DNA of 62,997 bases, the filler included, from Choristocarpus tenellus KU-1152 (Eukaryota; Protista; Phaeophyceae), in the NCBI GenBank assembly GCA_964200185.2. It is 12 parts of 12 records of this genome, joined end to end, with 100 filler letters (N's around TTAATTAATTAA, not from the genome) between each part and the next. Parts side by side here need not be neighbours in the genome. Positions count along the whole stretch, not along the records: positions 18,697 to 31,096 come from CAXNAD020001850.1; positions 31,197 to 33,719 come from CAXNAD020027081.1; positions 33,820 to 39,705 come from CAXNAD020009506.1; 9 more parts are not named here. One strand, given 5' to 3'. Below the pieces are notes generated by a model, which was given only the letters and a program-made list of their open reading frames with translations, did not search any database and was not told the origin of the DNA. The position numbers were made by a program, and so were the translations under genes. Below are positions 23,004-34,400 of the stretch, piece by piece. Position 1 is the stretch's first letter. The number at the start of each line of letters is the position of its first letter.

Positions 23004-25754
23004 GGTGGCCTTTGTTGGGGTAGTAGTGTTGGTGTTAGTAGTGCAGGTAGGATTATTTTCCTTATCCAGCTCTTGATCCTGCCCCTGATATGGAAATGGG
23101 AATATACATCATCAACAAGGGAAGGGTATATTGCCATAAATAGAAAAAATTAGATCAAAGAGTACATTCAGCTACACCAGGGATCACTAAGACAGTCTTT
23201 TAAGGAAGGGAGGAAGAGTGACAGCCATGATCCATGACCAGAACGTTGACCAGGCGTCTGACCCGATGTAACACTTATGTTTAACAGGTCCAGATACACC
23301 TCTCTTTGAGCTCTAGATGTAACCCTATACGTGTCACTTATTCACTGATGCTCTCAGTCCAAAACAAAGGTACTTCAGAAAGTATATATATATATTTGAA
23401 TCTATTCAAGAAGTGCTTCAACAGTCACGGGTCCTAACTCAGCTGGCATCACTCGCAGCATAGCATATACGGAAAACTATGCTGTTGGTGATGTCACCTG
23501 AATAAGCAAGTGATCTAGACTGTTGCTCAGGAACATGCCAACAACAATAGAACGGGGAGAACAACATATACTTTGCCTCACTTGGACCAAGTTAACAATC
23601 CCAAAATAGTTTTGACACCTGCTTGTCTTGTAAAGAGTTAAAGGGGGAGTTCAAGTACGGAGTAGGCGTTGTCCTTGCTTGTCTTTTGTTTGACAACTCA
23701 TTTTCACCTCTTTGAGGAGTGCCCCGACAGCCATAGATGCTTGGTCAACTGAGGTCCCTCTTAGAAGGGCTTGATTCCTTTCTGCAAGCATTGCCTTCTC
23801 TCGGACTAAGGCCTGATCCCTCTGGGACCTCATTGATACCAGCTCGTCACTGACACTGCAAAGGTTTTGACGCAGGTGCTGAACCCTGTTCTCAGCCTCT
23901 GCTGATTGCTGCTGCGCCTCAAGAACAAGGTTAGACACCTGCATGAGCATTTGAAAAGTACATTTCAGGGATAAGGTAGGGAGGTGTCACAGGATGGAGC
24001 CAGGCACATGAGGTGGTACAACCCCTAAAGTATTGTCTCAACTTTAAACGTAGCAGGGTAGTTCCAAGAGCTCTATGGGTTGATGAAAGACAGATATCGA
24101 GAGTTCTGTAACAGACCTCACAGCAACACCTGGTAACACCTCTGGGAGAAAACAATTGTGGTAGTTGCTACAGTGGAGTCATTACATTCTTGCATTTCAA
24201 GCACAATCCCTGACTGTACAGCCATCATTTTTTGTTTTCTTTTCCATCACAAAAAACAACCGACTCTTTTGCAAAAATAACAAAAGTGAATATCTACAGC
24301 TGCTGTCTCCTCCTCGTCAATAAAAAAAAATGCTCTTTTTTGGGAGATTATTTTTGTCTACATGAGCAAGTAAGAACACCCCATTTGTTTAACAGACGCA
24401 AATGCACACTCATCGCCATAGAGTGTCATTCTGTCTTCATAGAGTGTCATTCTGTCTTTGCCCTCTCCATTACAAGATCTGCAAAATGTCAACTAGCATA
24501 CAATAAAGAAATTGCATCAAAATCAATGCTGTTGTGAACACCAGCTACAAACTTTCATTGCAAGGGGTTATATATGAAGTAAGATCTCAGGCAGCGCCCT
24601 CCTTGTGAAGGTGGTCTACAAACACCAACAAGCCAGACTACATTTAACTTTTGATCCCTCTCATGATACAGCTGTCTAGAACTATTTGACAGTGTCATCA
24701 AATTCCCGAAGGGGAAGAAAATCGTTAGTTTAGTCACTACATCGTCTTCATGGACAAATTTACTCCTCAAATCTTTGGATTACATGGGGCAGGGGTTACT
24801 GCCAAATATTGTTGGACAGTGCTGCTTTAGGTACATGCTCCAAACAGCAACCAAAACTTGTCAATTCCGCCAGTCGGTTGCTATTAGAAACTTGGGTTGA
24901 AAATCAACATAAAAAAGAAGGTCAGGTCAATAGGACGTTATGGGGGTACAATGGTAATTTGACACAGTAGGGTACTTCAAACATTATGAAAAATATGGAC
25001 TTTCAATGGTAGAAAGTAACACTTCCCTGCCAACCAAACTGCTGCAACATATTTTTTCAAGACCATATATGTTACATATTGAAAAAACAGGTTTTAATGC
25101 TACTTGCGTCAGACCATCACGATGATATCATATCTATACTGGGAAGGAATTCCAGTCACGATAATATCACTATTAATACCACTTCACACAGTGAGGCATG
25201 CCATACTAGCTGAAGAGCCCTAATACAAATATTTTCCTCCTAAATATGAGATGTTCCTCACCCTTTCAACCTCCTTCCAAAATGAAAAAGATACCCTCAA
25301 TTTGTGGATATTTTCATATTAGAGGAAACCTCTTTTCTTTCTAGGAGGGTTATTTAAATATGTTCAAGTCAAACCATGCCATATAGTATAATAGCCACAC
25401 CCTTCTGACCTAAATTCATTTCCAATGCCCAGTCAGATGCAAGAGTCTGTCAGTGTAAGCATTTCTGGGTAAATACTCTAGAATTCAGGAATAATTACCA
25501 CTTTTGTACTATTTTTTCTCACTTGCAAACAAGAAAAAAAATAAAAGAAAAACAACAATGCTGTATATTTTATACATTTAATATTGCCAAACCGCAACCC
25601 TTTTGACTTCAACTAGACTCAGGTCAGTGTTGCTCATCAGACACACAAAACCCTTGATCCACTTGTTAATGTCCAAAAATGTAAATATCAGGGGCCTCCT
25701 TAAACCACGTGGGTTGCCTCTTTTTTTTATATATATTTCCTGTACCCCAAGTCA

Positions 25755-26046
25755 CTAACCCTAACCCTAACGAGCCAAAGTATCTTAGGGTTAGGGTAAA
25801 GCCGCGTCCATTTGGGGGTCAAAATTCAATTTGGCGATTTTCATGTAATTTTGGCTATTGTGTTTGTTAGGAAGTGTCAATATCCACGTTCTGGACACAC
25901 CGTTTCATATCATATACATTTTACGTACTCCTAAACATTTTGGAGTAGAAAAATGTGATGAGAACCCCCAAGAGAAGCCAAGCCTCAAATGGACAAACAG
26001 GGCAAAACTCGTACCCTCTAAGATACTTTCACTCTAACCCTAACCC
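25755..26046 (-). repeat. Interstitial telomeric (TTAGGG)n tract split by a MITE
   Basis: CTAACCCTAACCCTAAC at 25755-25771 and TAACCCTAACCC at 26035-26046. Confidence 0.8.
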
Positions 26047-27982
26047 TTCTCAGCACTCAACCTTGGCAGTGAGTGAAAGTATCTTAGGGTTAGGGTACGA
26101 GTTTTGCCCTGCTTGTCCGTTTGGTGGTTGGCTTCACATCTTTTTTCTTATAAATTTTACCTACTCCGAAACATTTCTTAGTACCTAAAATTTATACGTT
26201 ATGAAAAGGTGTGTCTGGAACATGGATGTTGACACTTCCTAACAAACACGATAGCCAAAATTACATCAAAATCGCAACATTGGATTTTGCCCCCCAAATG
26301 GACGCGGCCCTAACCTCTAAAAGATACGTTGACTCTGGTTTCGTAGTCCTGGTGCCCCAACCCTCAACTAACTGCAATCTCAAACTTCCCAGGGTCTTCT
26401 TGGAGGCATGTCCACCATATGTTCTCCTGTCCATCTTCCTTCAGTTGTTTTCTAGTCCCAAGCTCCCCAGAAATCAACACGTTGGGAGTCACTCATCCCC
26501 CATGTGCACAACTGACCCATCAAATAGGAGCTTCCGCTCGTGCATTGTTGCGAGTGAAAGTATCTTAGAAGATAGGAGCTTTGCCCTGTTTGTCCGTTTG
26601 GGACTTGACTTCCCATGGGTTTTTTATGACATTTTTCTACTCCGAAATATTTCGGAGTAGAAAAAATGTATACTTTATGAAATAGTGTGTCTGGAACAAG
26701 GATATTGAAACTTCCTAACAAACACAATGGCCAAAATTACATCAAAACCGCGACATTAGATTTTCGCCTCCATATGGACGCGACTCTACCCTCTAAGATA
26801 CTTTGGCTCTAACCTTGATACTCTCACACTCAGTTTTCACAAGAGCAACTTTATAGGACATGGCAAGATTGGTGTGTTGCTGTGTGTGATCCTTCACGGT
26901 GGAGGTATTGTGGTGATGAGGATAGAGCTTCAGATAGTGAACCTGGCCGACCCTTTACATTTACAGGAATGACCAGAACAAATTGTGTAGTCTGTCACTC
27001 TCTACTTTTGAAAACTCTGGCCCATTCCCATTCTGGCATGTTTAGATTGATTGTGGTGGTGTGGAAATAATCAAGCAGAAATTGAGATATGCGAATTGGC
27101 GAGTGGTTTCGACTATCATTTGGTCCCAGGAATAGAATTCTGTCAAAGCACAAAAGCTCTGTGAGTGGCATTGGGAATTGGAATTTCCTATGGGGATGCA
27201 TGTGGACAACAAGTTGAAGGAGTAAATAATCCAAAGTATACTCATATACTTCATGCTCCGCCTACTGGCAGAGTGAAATTATCTTAGAGGGTACGAGTTT
27301 TGCCCTGTTTGTCCGTTTGGGGCTTGGCTTCTCATGGGTTATTTTATGACATTTTGGTACTCCAAAATGTTTCGGAGTAGGTAAAATATATACGTTATGA
27401 AAAGGTGTATCCAGAACATGGATATTGACACTTCCTAACAAACACGATGCCCAAAATTACATCAAAATCGCAACATTGGATTTTCACCCACAAATGGACG
27501 CGACTCTACCCTCTAAGATACTTTGGCTCGCACCAACTTCTTTACAAAAACCAACAAACAAATCTGTATTGAGAAAACACAGTTATCAAATCTGGAACAG
27601 CCATAGGTTGTCTACCATTCTTGTCCAACTTGAAGAATTTGATGGAGGCCAAATATTTGTCAGATAGAAAGGTGATACCAAAGGGTTGATTAGACAAAAG
27701 ATCACTCCTTGATGTGTCTATCTAGTGAGTGAAAGATCTTAGAGGGTATGAAGTTTGCCCTGTTTGTCCATTTGGGGCTTGACTTTTCATGGGTTCTTTT
27801 ATGGCATTTTCCTACTCCAAAATGTTTTGGAGTAGGTTAGATATATACATTATGAAAGGTGTGTCCAGAACATAGATATTGACGCTTCCAAACAAACACA
27901 TGGCCAAAATTACATCAATATCGCAATATTGGATTTTGGCCCCCAAGTGGACGCAGCTCTCCCCTCTAAGATACTTTGGCTC
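25772..27982. mobile_element. Cluster of five MITE family 1 copies: 25772-26034 (+), 26071-26335 (-), 26552-26809 (-), 27271-27529 (-), 27727-27982 (-); partial copies also at 33660-33719 and 39630-39705
   Basis: GAG...CTC TIRs; TSDs TAAC (first copy), GCA (fourth) and TAGT (fifth); no TSD for the second and third. Confidence 0.9.
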
Positions 27983-29225
27983 TAGTAAATAAGGTCAGCT
28001 CAAGGTAGATTAGAGAGCTAAAATCACCAGTATGTGGTCCAGGAGTTTGTCGGATGTGAAGTCCAGTAGCATTTCCTCCAGTGCATGTTCTTGGTGGAGG
28101 GACTTACCCAACGTTTGTTCCTTGGACTTGCAGCTCTTGCCGCAGACCATGGACTGGTTGCCAGACAGGGGTAAACGGTATAGCGGGGAGACCTGTCCCT
28201 GGGTTCAACCCCCACTGTCCCATCTTCCTCAAGCAAGTCGCCTTCAGCGCCATCAACCGAACTAGTTGAGGAATATCAATGTTTCGCCCTGATGTCCAGG
28301 TTGGATTGTGTGCTGTCTCTCCTGGACCAGCAGTCTTCCCTTTACCCTTCTCATTCTTGTCTCTCTTCTTGTCTTTCACTACTTCTTTGGTTGAGGTTTT
28401 TGTGATGAGGATCTCTAGTGGTGTTGTCCCCTTAGACTGCCGGCATGAATACCGCTGCCTTGAGGCTGTCTCCAATGAGTTGTGTGGGGTATTTACAATC
28501 ACCAGTTACCGTGTTCATGGAGGGTAGCTTGAGCAAACTCCGAAGGTCTAACAACCATCAAATTTTGGGATAACCTGAGTTAGATCTCAGATCTGATCGT
28601 TGATATCATATCATTATGAGTATCAACGGTAGTGGTCCTGGGATTCTCAGGACATCTCTGTGATGGATGTTGATGCGAACGTCACCAATGACAACCAAGT
28701 GTGCGCGCAATAAACTTGTGCATGTACGTGGGAATGGATTTGACTAATATCAGTTCCCAAAAAGACCTGTCTGTCACGTGACCATTATATTATATTGTTT
28801 AAAGTGGTACCAGTAGCTTCGCCCTCTGTGGCAATCTTGGCTTTTATCACCATATCGCCAAAAGAGTTATAAAACAATATGACTGGTCTTTCTTCCATGA
28901 AAGAAAAAAGTGGTGAAAAAACGAAGCCCGTACTCTGGATGGTCTTGTGACGGGCATCACGAACATGCTTTTATTTTTTTAATCCGATGTCTACATCGAA
29001 AGTTACGACAAGATAACCCAAGAGGGTGAAGGTAGTGGTAGTACCATATTATATAGTACAAAGAAATGGGTTTATCGATGTAAATTTTGTATTGGTTGAA
29101 TTTTTAGGTAACTCCTGTACCCCTATCTGTTCAATGCTGTTCGAAATGTACCCTATTGTCTCCCTTGCCCTAAATCAGAATACAACATTAGTAGTAGTTC
29201 TCTTGGTTTGAACCACATCAAGGAG

Positions 29226-31009
29226 ATGAAGTTTCGGTTGAGGTTCCTCTCTTTGTTCCTCTGGCTCACCCTCATGTGTCTCGGTGAAAATGGAGCTGGA
29301 GCAGTTACTGACCAAACACTTCACCCAACGACCAAGATTAACTGCTCTACAACTGTGGCAGATGAGGCATTCACAATCGAGGTGGAGAGGGACAATGAAT
29401 TTATGATAAGATCTTGTAATATCAGCATCTGATGGAGGTTCTGAGCAGATGCTCCAAATTTGGTTTTACGACATACCTTTCGGGGCATCTGTGTTTCTCT
29501 TGTGACTTTTTGATCCGTCCATAACCTTGGGTCCATCTTCCACGTTGTCCTTCCAGGTTCGCCATGACTGGGCTCCAGTAGGTGCGGAAAGGTTCGTCAA
29601 CCTTGTTCGCGGGGAGTTTTTCACGGACATTGGCTTTTTCCGCTGTGTTGCAAACTTCCTTGTACAGTTTGGTATATCCTCCGATGTTGATATTAAGGAG
29701 TACTGGCAGAAGCAGGGGCCCATCCAAGACGACGTCTCTCTCCATATACCTTTCAAGAGGTGAGAGTAAATGTTCCACACTCGCTAATAATTGTGCTGAA
29801 AACGAACGCGATTCGCAATGTGATAACATATACTTACCCTACTTTACCAAATGGGACTGCCCATGCCAAATCTATTCGCTGGTTGTCCCACGGAGTTGGG
29901 GATTTCTCGTTCTTTGCCAAGATGTAGCAGACGATGTCCCCTCCTCGACGCATTGTTGATAACGATGGCGCATTGACTCCTTCCCAAATCTTAGTTTTTA
30001 GCTCAGCTCGGACTTGAACAATCCACTGGGCCGGACAATTATTACCTATGGAGAATCTTATTGTCTCCCTATAAGTTTCTTCTCACCTCAACCTGGCATG
30101 TGTGTTGAATATTTGTCGTCCGACAGAGGAATGGTCAGCTTTGCTGGGTCTGGTCCTAACTCCCGCACAACACAGGTTTGTAGCTGGTGTGAGTCGCACC
30201 TGATTAAACAAATTACAACATTTCTGCCAAACGTGCATGTCATATTCTGGTGCGATGACTGTGACCCATTTATTGGTTTGCTGAACATTTTGTTTGAGGT
30301 ATGTTTCTATTGTAATTCTGGATTGGTAGCATATACCTGTGCACATTTCCTGACAATGAGTAATCTCTTTGCAGTGTTATTGATATGCTTCGGTGCAGCC
30401 AGGGTTCTCCACTCCAAGCTGTGCATTTCAGTATATTTGGTGAAGCCCTATCTACTCAAGATACTCAAATGCAACCAACTATGTCCCTTCTGTGGCGATT
30501 TTAGGGAATACTGAAGGCTCAGGTGCTGTTGCACTGTTGCAATCCTACACTACCCTTACCTGCATCAACTGCGAGGGAAAAGCTTTCACCCTATTTTTGT
30601 TTGTTTGAACTGTCATTAATGACATCCAAAGTGCACACTCAGCAATACATCACGTGTTAGACTCAAGAGTTGTATCAACACCAAAATAATATCTGCTATA
30701 ATTGTTGAGCCTTGTCAGACGACTCTATAGAATCTTCAGAGCTCATGAATCCAGGTATGTCCCATTTATTGGAAGTAGTGTGTTGCCATGATTTTCAATT
30801 CAGTTCCCCTTCCCATGACAGGTATTCATTACCTTCAAGGATCTCCCATTCCTGGGAAAGTCTGTATGGGAGACCCCAATTGGCACTGTCACATCTGGCA
30901 TGGACAGTGTGGTGGATAAGTTATACTCTGGGTATGGGGACCAGGCTGGATTTAACAAGGGAGGTGTGAACCAGGGGAGGCTACAACGAGAAGGAAATTC
31001 CTACCTCAG
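29226..31009 (+). CDS. Cyclophilin-type peptidyl-prolyl cis-trans isomerase with signal peptide; exons 29226-29381, 29557-29759, 30127-30175, 30822-31009; 3' end beyond the contig
   Basis: WAPVGAERFVNLV...FFRCVANFLVQFGI, GMVSFAGSGPNSRTTQVFI, WETPIGTVTSGMDSVVDKLYSGYGD; all GT-AG junctions are phase-consistent; hydrophobic N-terminus MKFRLRFLSLFLWLTLMCLG. Confidence 0.92.
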
Positions 31010-31289
31010 GTGCCCCCCCCATATCACCCCACCCCCCCACCTCCAAACTCCCGCAGCGCCTATTTTACCTTATATAACTTTTATTTGAGTGTAGAGNNNN
31101 NNNNNNNNNNNNNNNNNNNNNNNNNNNNNNNNNNNNNNNNTTAATTAATTAANNNNNNNNNNNNNNNNNNNNNNNNNNNNNNNNNNNNNNNNNNNNGTAT
31201 TCCGAATCTTACTCTGCATCTTCTCAAAATAATCACTTATTCTGTAAGGTTAACCTATGTGTTATTAATATCGTATATAGTTTGCACTT

Positions 31290-31446
31290 GTCAGAACTCG
31301 AGAAACAATCTTCACACTGTATGTCTGTTACAAATGTTCGTATTTCCTAAAACATGAGGAGAAAATGCTCGCGCTATTCGCCTGTAACAAATGCTCAAAC
31401 TTTGTTGAAATACAAGAAGAAACGCTCACGCTATTCGCCTGTAACA
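31290..31446 (+). repeat. Degenerate tandem repeat of about 58 bp ending GCTATTCGCCTGTAACA; further copy at about 33948-33975
   Basis: CTC(G/A)CGCTATTCGCCTGTAACA at about 31368, 31425 and 33955. Confidence 0.7.
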
Positions 31447-33976
31447 CTACCCCTGTGAGACAAAAGAAACGATGCAAGGGGCACCTGACCCCCCTTGTGT
31501 GGAGGACGGTGTACCATCAAAGATGGTTTCGTTTCCATATATTGCCCATATGTTGCTGCTGCGCTGCTTGTATACGAGGTGGTTGTATGATCATCTCTGT
31601 ATTATCTTAGTGTTGGCTATGAATGTTGGTTAGGATAAAGGTACGAGCTGTGTTGAACATATGCCATATTGTCAATAGGAATTGTTGTTGTTTGTATGTG
31701 TCTTAAGCTAAGTTGGTCATCGGTTTGATGACATATTTTGTCGTGCTCCTTCTTACTTTGTTTCCCTTCGCGAAACGATACATATACAAGTATGACCCGA
31801 TGCTCTTCACCCTAGCTGGTACTGTACTTGAGCATCGAGGGCACTTTGCCTCCTTGATAGCATGATAGGACGAGGGGATCATCCATATGTAAGACCCCCA
31901 TTAGGCCACTCTCTTGCATCGCTTCAATATACAATCTAGCAACTACAGAGTTAGCATCTTACAACAATTCTCTATCACTTGTATCATATCTCCTTTGTAG
32001 AGTACTATTTCCTCCTTGGTCAATGCTGAGACAACAACAAGATTTATTTGTAGTTCCTGTAAACATGCATCACTGGTTTCAATCATTTACGACCCTCACA
32101 CGGTCCTAACCCTAGTATTTGTTCGTCAGATGAGGACAAAGGTCAAGATATGAGGGTGCTGGTACTTTCCCAAACGCTGGGAACCCAAACTTTCGGTACC
32201 AACAGAGTTCAACATCATGACCCTCATTACGGTCAACGCTGCCTCCTCCAACAGAAATAGTATCCTCATGACATCAGATTAATCTTATTCATTGATTATC
32301 CTTTCGGCTTCTCTACTTTCCATGTCCTCTGCTCGTGCCTCCACCATTCTCCTACGACATTTCCTTGCTCCCCACTACGGACACTTGGGGTTTTTTGCCA
32401 CAAACCAAGGTACTTGTATTATACTCGAGTATAATAACACACTCCTTCCCCAGCTTCCCACACTCGCACCTCTTCTTGCAAGCCTTATCCTTTACCTTGC
32501 CTGGACCACAGCCACAAACACAATTACTGTCATGGAAATTCAACAACTTGGGGCCAAAAATAGGTTGTGGAGGTCTATGATGATACTGGTCTACATTATT
32601 TTCCATATTCTCCAGACGATACTTACTCCAAAAAAAAATGGTTTTCCCCCTGACACACCTGCAAAATGTCAGAGGGCATAATAATAATATACTTACTCAA
32701 ATCGATGGCTGCAAATAGTTAGGAAACTGTTAATGCAATCGAACTGCTAGATTCACTGTCGAATAACCTAGTGTTATCCTTACGTTATTTGTGCTGACAC
32801 AAGTATATATCATAGGTTATACGTACGTTTATAATTAGTTAGGTATGATACAAAGTACGTACGTGCATAAGAATATAATAAGTCAACATTCATTAACACG
32901 TCAGTGATGATGGATGGTTGACGGACAATTAATAATTCAGTGTGTGCTTTACCATATAATTCAACTGCTAGCTTTCGGCGACGAGCTTTACATGCGCCAA
33001 GCTTCTTAACATTCACCTGTTTGGAGTACTATCGTAGACAGGCAATGATGTATGACAATGTCGATAATTTGACAATTTATCCCACCGCTGTTACCTGGGA
33101 CAGGTTGACTAGAATGACAACAATCATCAAGAAAGTCTTGAATTCAGTTTATCACATTGACTGTGGGCTTGTGCAAACAACGGTTGGGGCAATGGGAAAC
33201 CATATCCTGTATATGTCTATCTCACTAGTAGAGAGGCATTCCTGTAGATCATATCTGAAGTCTCCACTGCTTTTTATTGACTGCTCTCTGCAAATTTAAC
33301 ATGATGACATTACAACAACCAATACCAGTATTGCAAGATCCCATTCCTTATCCTTTGGAATAAGGATTGAAATCCACCTCTTTTTCAAAATGAGGCGTAG
33401 ATATGAGGGATCAATACAGGGTCCGTTCTCCTCCAGCAATACCGCATCCTATCTTTGAAGAAGGCACCGCATCAGTCGATAAGAGTCATATAGACTCAAA
33501 CTTTTGTTAAATAAAAGCGCACTGGACAACGCTGCCTGTACGATAGATAATGGAGCATAGTTTACATAGCGAGCAATGTGCTCTATTATTATGGACACAA
33601 TATGTCGCAGGCATGTCGTCACTGTCCCCTTCCTACTCAACTACCCAACCTCCCTTCGAGAGTGAAAGTATCTTAGAGGGTACAAGTTTTGCCCTGTCTG
33701 TCCATTTGGGGTTTGACTTNNNNNNNNNNNNNNNNNNNNNNNNNNNNNNNNNNNNNNNNNNNNTTAATTAATTAANNNNNNNNNNNNNNNNNNNNNNNNN
33801 NNNNNNNNNNNNNNNNNNNACCATTCATTCATCACCCTCTGCAACTACCCGAGTTACAGTGTATTCTGCAACTTTCAGGCAATTCGGAGTTCCCCCCTTT
33901 TGGGGTTCCCCACCGCGTATACTGCGTGCGCCAGTCAAAGCGCGGGAAGAAATACTCGCGCTATTCGCCTGTAACA

Positions 33977-34400
33977 CTTTTGATCCTTGTAGTTATAACC
34001 TCAACACCTTCACGATGGAAAGTCTTGGGCGCCTTGGCAAGCAAGTGGAATGCTTCCTGGATGAGCTGGCTACTCACATGGTGGGGGGGAGAGGAACTGA
34101 AGGATACAGCCGGAACGAGGTAGTCAAATCCCGGCTACGCCAAATTGTCTCGGTGACTGCGCAAGTGGCACTGTCTATACGTGTCATGCGTTTTAAGCTA
34201 GAGTCACCGAGGAGATGGGCACAGAGGGGTTTATTGGATTCTTGGGTGCCTCAGCGGGGTGCAGGAGTAGGTAGATTGGAGGCACAGGAAGGCAGTAGTA
34301 CAACAAATAGATTGAGGGCTTATACTGAAGTGTGCATAGTTTTCATTTGTTTCCCCCTGACACATACATCTGCAAAATGTCAGAGGGCATAATAAAAATA
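33977..34400 (+). mobile_element. 3' end of an RLE-type (CRE/R2-like) non-LTR retrotransposon
   Basis: FTMESLGRLGKQVECFLDELATHMVGG...RLRQIVSVTAQVALS resembles the E-x-x-G-x-L-G tail of restriction-like endonucleases; followed by a hairpin and AAT-rich tail. Confidence 0.65.

Noticed and set aside
25772-27982. Repeat-spacer-like array suggestive of CRISPR
   Set aside because: Repeats are about 260 bp, have TIRs and TSDs, occur in mixed orientation and have no cas genes: they are MITEs.
28024-28502. Possible hAT dimerisation-domain relic (VYPCLA...AAS)
   Set aside because: Too degenerate to call.
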